A DNA stretch of 29,046 bases from contig JAGRNM010000001.1 in the NCBI GenBank assembly GCA_020440745.1, positions 1 through 29,046 on the forward strand, written 5' to 3'. The translations under genes were made by a program, and so were the position numbers. The first letter of the stretch is position 1, and every line of letters starts with the position of its first letter. Source of the DNA: Deltaproteobacteria bacterium (GTDB lineage Bacteria; UBA10199; DSSB01). Positions 26,011-29,046 of this stretch are shown here, piece after piece. The notes under the pieces were generated by a model that was not told where the DNA came from, made no database searches, and saw only the letters and a list, made by a program, of their open reading frames with translations.

Positions 26011-27570
26011 TTATTCTTTAATGTCTTTGTCTTTGTTTTCTGAGGTAGTATTTTCTTCTTCAAGAATCGTTTTACCTTTTAGATAATCAGGCAATTCCAT
26101 GCCGGCCATTTTAAAGAGTTCATTCATGGGCGGTAGACTCTTAAGCATGCCAGACATAAAGTTAGCCGTGGATGGAGTTCCGTTTCCTTCTCGGCCTCCC
26201 ATAGAATCCCAGACAGTCACTTTATCAATTTTAAGATTCTTAATGGCTTCTACTTGAGTTTTAACTAGCTCTGGTAATTTATCGGCAATCATTAACATGA
26301 CAGCGTCTTTGGCATTGCTACCAGCGGATTCAACAATGCGTTTAAATCCTTCTGCCTGTTTGGTCATGATTTCTAAAAGTCCTCTAGCTTCGGCGTCCAT
26401 TTTATAAAAGACTGCGTCTGCCTCACCTCTGGCGTGACGACGGATGCGTTCTGCTTCGGCTTCCGCTTCGATCTGTATTTTTTCTTTTGCGATTTGGGCC
26501 GGCACCACGATGTTGGCTTCTTGAGTAGCTTTATCGCGCAAGGCACGGCCTTCTTCAGCCGTTTTTTCTGCAATATAAGAGGCTTCCAAAGCTTTAGCTT
26601 GGTTGATTTTTTCAGCAGCCACGGCTGAACGTAAAGCGTCTGCTTCTTTTTGACGACGATCAGAGTCGGACTGAGCAATATCAACGCGAGCTTTGTTTTC
26701 TCCTGCTACGGCTTGGGCATTGGCTTCACTAGTTTGGATACGCTCGTTACGATGGGCTTCGGCCTCACCTACTTTGGCTTTAGCTTCCGCATCCGCGGTT
26801 TGGATGCGTTCGTTTTGCATGGCTTGAGCCTCACCAATGTTGGCCTGGGCATTGGCAGAAGCGACTTGAACGCGCTCATCTTGTACTGCTTGGGCCTCAC
26901 CGATGGAACCATCACGATTTTTTTCGGCTACGGTTTTTCTGGCATCATTAATAGCTTTAGCAGCGGCTTCTTTACCTAAGGCTTCGATATAGCCAGATTC
27001 GTCTTTAATATCGGTAACGTTGACGTTGATCAGTTTGAGACCAATCTTTTTTAATTCGGCTTCAACGTTAGAAGCCACGTTGGCCAAAAACTTATCTCGG
27101 TTACTATTAATTTCTTCAATATCCATGGTGGCTACTACCAAGCGAAGCTGACCAAAGATAATATCTCTAGCTAGGTCGTGGATTTCTTGTTGTGTCAATC
27201 CCAAAAGGCGTTCGGCTGCATTGGTCATGACGCCTTCTTCGGTGGAGATACCTACTGTAAAACGGCTGGGCACATCGACACGGATATTTTGCTTACTTAA
27301 GGCATTGGTAAGATTTACCTCAATAGAAAGCGGTGTTAAGTCTAGGTATTGGTAGTCTTGAATAATAGGAATAATAAAGGCCGCACCACCGTGAATACAC
27401 TTAGCAGAACGTCCGGCTCCTTCAGAGCCTTTGCCCACTTTACCATAAACCACTAAAATACGATCAGAGGGACAACGGCGATAGCGTTTAAAAAGAGCAT
27501 AAATTAGAGTAAAGATAAAAAGAACCACCACCGCAATCAGGATGGGGAAGGAAAACATACTTTCTAACAT
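26011..27570 (-). CDS. Flotillin / SPFH (band-7) domain membrane protein (YqiK/FloT-like)
   Basis: 519 aa. It has an N-terminal TM helix, the RCPSDRILVVYGK SPFH start, and a long Ala/Glu/Gln-rich coiled-coil repeat region typical of flotillins. Confidence 0.85.
   Translation of the reverse strand: MLESMFSFPILIAVVVLFIFTLIYALFKRYRRCPSDRILVVYGKVGKGSEGAGRSAKCIHGGAAFIIPIIQDYQYLDLTPLSIEVNLTNALSKQNIRVDVPSRFTVGISTEEGVMTNAAERLLGLTQQEIHDLARDIIFGQLRLVVATMDIEEINSNRDKFLANVASNVEAELKKIGLKLINVNVTDIKDESGYIEALGKEAAAKAINDARKTVAEKNRDGSIGEAQAVQDERVQVASANAQANIGEAQAMQNERIQTADAEAKAKVGEAEAHRNERIQTSEANAQAVAGENKARVDIAQSDSDRRQKEADALRSAVAAEKINQAKALEASYIAEKTAEEGRALRDKATQEANIVVPAQIAKEKIQIEAEAEAERIRRHARGEADAVFYKMDAEARGLLEIMTKQAEGFKRIVESAGSNAKDAVMLMIADKLPELVKTQVEAIKNLKIDKVTVWDSMGGREGNGTPSTANFMSGMLKSLPPMNELFKMAGMELPDYLKGKTILEEENTTSENKDKDIKE
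26733..26930. repeat. Three tandem, diverged 66-nt (22-aa) repeats inside the flotillin coiled-coil region
   Basis: The units (tt)tggatacgctcgttacgatgggcttcggcctcacc, tggatgcgttcgttttgcatggcttgagcctcacc and ttgaacgcgctcatcttgtactgcttgggcctcacc encode the NERIQT..A.A.A..GEA repeat. They explain the spurious antisense ORFs at 26373-26979. Confidence 0.45.
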
Positions 27571-27612
27571 GGTTTCTCCTAATACTAATGGATTAAAAGC
27601 TTAACTTGATCC

Positions 27613-28203
27613 TTAACTAGATCGGGCACTTTTTTTGACACAAAGGACGTCGCCATCTAGCACTTCTTCTACCTCCACAATCGTATGGGTAGGCAAGGGC
27701 TCTTCTTCATCACTTAGGGCTTCTAGTTCATGTAAGCTACCTTGGACTTTGATTTGCACTTTGCCGGTTCCTTGGCGTTTGGCAGGAATACTTAAATAAA
27801 CGTGGCCAATGTGACCTTTGGCATTTTGGATATTAAAATTGCCTTCTTCTTTAAGACGACTAAAGCCATAAAAAAGTAAGGTCATTAAAATCATCATACC
27901 CAAGCCGGCTAAGCTAGAATAAAATAAGGTAGAACCCGTACTAAAACCGTTGTCTAGACAAGCAAGCCCAGTCCAAGAAAAAATAGTAAAAAAACTAATT
28001 AAATTGCGGATGGTAAAAAACTGAGAGCCTAATCCAAAGTCAGCTTCGATTTCTGTGTCCACATCAGCTAGATCCGTCTCAGGTCCCCCTAAAAAAGTCA
28101 TAGCCAGTTGAATTAAAAAAAACAAAGTAAAGGGTAAGGCTAAAGCCCAGTAGACTTTTTCTATACCACTTAAGGCCTCCCACCAAAGACCAAGGTTGTT
28201 CAT
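27613..28203 (-). CDS. NfeD-family (YqiJ/YuaF-like) membrane protein, partner of flotillin
   Basis: 196 aa. It has N-terminal TM helices and a C-terminal OB-fold-like soluble domain (GHVYLSIPAKRQGTGKVQIKVQGSLHELEA). It is encoded immediately upstream of the flotillin gene, the canonical operon arrangement. Confidence 0.65.
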   Translation of the reverse strand: MNNLGLWWEALSGIEKVYWALALPFTLFFLIQLAMTFLGGPETDLADVDTEIEADFGLGSQFFTIRNLISFFTIFSWTGLACLDNGFSTGSTLFYSSLAGLGMMILMTLLFYGFSRLKEEGNFNIQNAKGHIGHVYLSIPAKRQGTGKVQIKVQGSLHELEALSDEEEPLPTHTIVEVEEVLDGDVLCVKKSARSS

Positions 28204-28409
28204 AGACTTAATTTCCTTAGTTTTAAAAAATTAAAGCTTAAACCTAATGGATTTTTTGCTGATTTTTGTCAATGCTATTAAAACTTTCTTTAGACCTAGG
28301 CTTTTTAAGAGTAGTTAAAACTTACTCAAAAATTTAAAATCTGTCCTTTTTCACGATGATTTCATGGTCTTTTCATTTTGCTTTCTTAAGGCATGCCTAA
28401 GAGAGAATC

Positions 28410-29046
28410 ATGGCAAAAAGTCTGCAGCATCAAGCTTATCAGTGGTTAAGTTATGGTCTGATCCTTGGTTTATGGCTGTTTTTGTTTTTTCCAGTTTTTC
28501 AGTGGCTGGGTGCTAGTTTTTATACCCCTGAGTATCGTTGGCATACGGCTTTATTCATTCTATTAATAGCGGTTTTCTTAAAAAAGATTTTTTCTAAAGA
28601 CTTACCTGATTTTTGTCTTCAGCTTAGATTGATTCCATTTTTTATACTTTTCTTGGGGGTATTAGGCTTTTTAGTAAGCGAGCGCTTCTTGGATATGGAC
28701 TTGGTGTCTTGCTTTTTCTTTGGCTGGGCTAGTTTTGGACTGGCGGGGCTTTTTTTACAAAAGGAGAGGTGGAAAGCCAGTCTTCCTTATTTATTACTAT
28801 TCTTAGCTGTCTTGCCTTTTAGTTTTCATATCGAGACTTTTTTGGGTTTTCCCTTAAGAGTGATCACGGCCAAAGTAGCTTATTATTTTTTTGAATCCAT
28901 AGGGATTCATGGCTTTAACCATGAGTCTATTATTTTGGTAGAAAACAAACTAGCCCATGTGGACTTGCCCTGCAGTGGTTTAAAGAGTCTTTGGGTAGGC
29001 AGCCTCTTTATTTTGGCTTTAAGTGTTTTAGAAAATTATAAAATTA
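28410..29046 (+). CDS. Exosortase/archaeosortase-family (EpsH-like) polytopic membrane protein, 5' part; continues beyond the window end
   Basis: ATG 28410. Frame 3 stays open for 212 codons to the window end. It has several TM segments. The region GIHGFNHESIILVENKLAHVDLPCSGLKSLWVGSLFILAL matches the exosortase core, where the catalytic Cys sits in a CSG-L-[RK]-S-L context after an EGN-like motif. Confidence 0.55.
   Translation, partial: MAKSLQHQAYQWLSYGLILGLWLFLFFPVFQWLGASFYTPEYRWHTALFILLIAVFLKKIFSKDLPDFCLQLRLIPFFILFLGVLGFLVSERFLDMDLVSCFFFGWASFGLAGLFLQKERWKASLPYLLLFLAVLPFSFHIETFLGFPLRVITAKVAYYFFESIGIHGFNHESIILVENKLAHVDLPCSGLKSLWVGSLFILALSVLENYKI

Noticed and set aside
26373-26979. ORFs 26373-26684 (-), 26434-26628 (+) and 26650-26979 (+)
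   Set aside because: They lie entirely inside or antisense to the flotillin gene and are low-complexity. They are products of the Ala/Glu-rich 66-nt coding repeats.

Overview
This window is a 29 kb AT-rich bacterial chromosomal segment; I did not compute GC exactly. It is gene-dense and mostly housekeeping. Recognisable genes are ilvD (dihydroxy-acid dehydratase), a long ThyX-like thymidylate synthase gene interrupted by an in-frame TAG, serS followed by tRNA-Ser(UGA), hemL, and the clpS-clpA pair. Other genes are a TetR regulator next to a membrane fatty-acid desaturase, a TIGR01777-type epimerase, an ArsB/NhaD-like permease, a DsbA-like lipoprotein, a patatin-like phospholipase, a Zn-dependent alcohol dehydrogenase, a Pfs/MTA-nucleosidase-like gene with a Big_2 lipoprotein, and a flotillin-NfeD operon diverging from an exosortase-family gene that runs off the 3' edge. 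Two regions stand out. The first is the 860-bp intergenic stretch after ilvD (4450-5310). It holds a sigma-54-like promoter, then about 17 helically phased GGGTAAG heptamers including a 46-bp tandem duplication, then hairpins and a strong intrinsic terminator. This is a candidate repeat-rich ncRNA or a protein-binding array. The second is a minus-strand tandem of three transcription units (14817-17890). Each is preceded by the same modular 5' leader, and each leader contains a GNRA-capped hairpin whose loop shows a GNRA-preserving substitution between copies. The three units drive two paralogous secreted Thr/Ser/Asn-rich proteins and a 36-codon ORF. Lineage cannot be assigned from the sequence alone. 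The roughly 510-aa single-chain ThyX architecture is reminiscent, from memory and at low confidence, of chlamydial ThyX. I found no CRISPR array, rRNA, or obvious IS or transposase.
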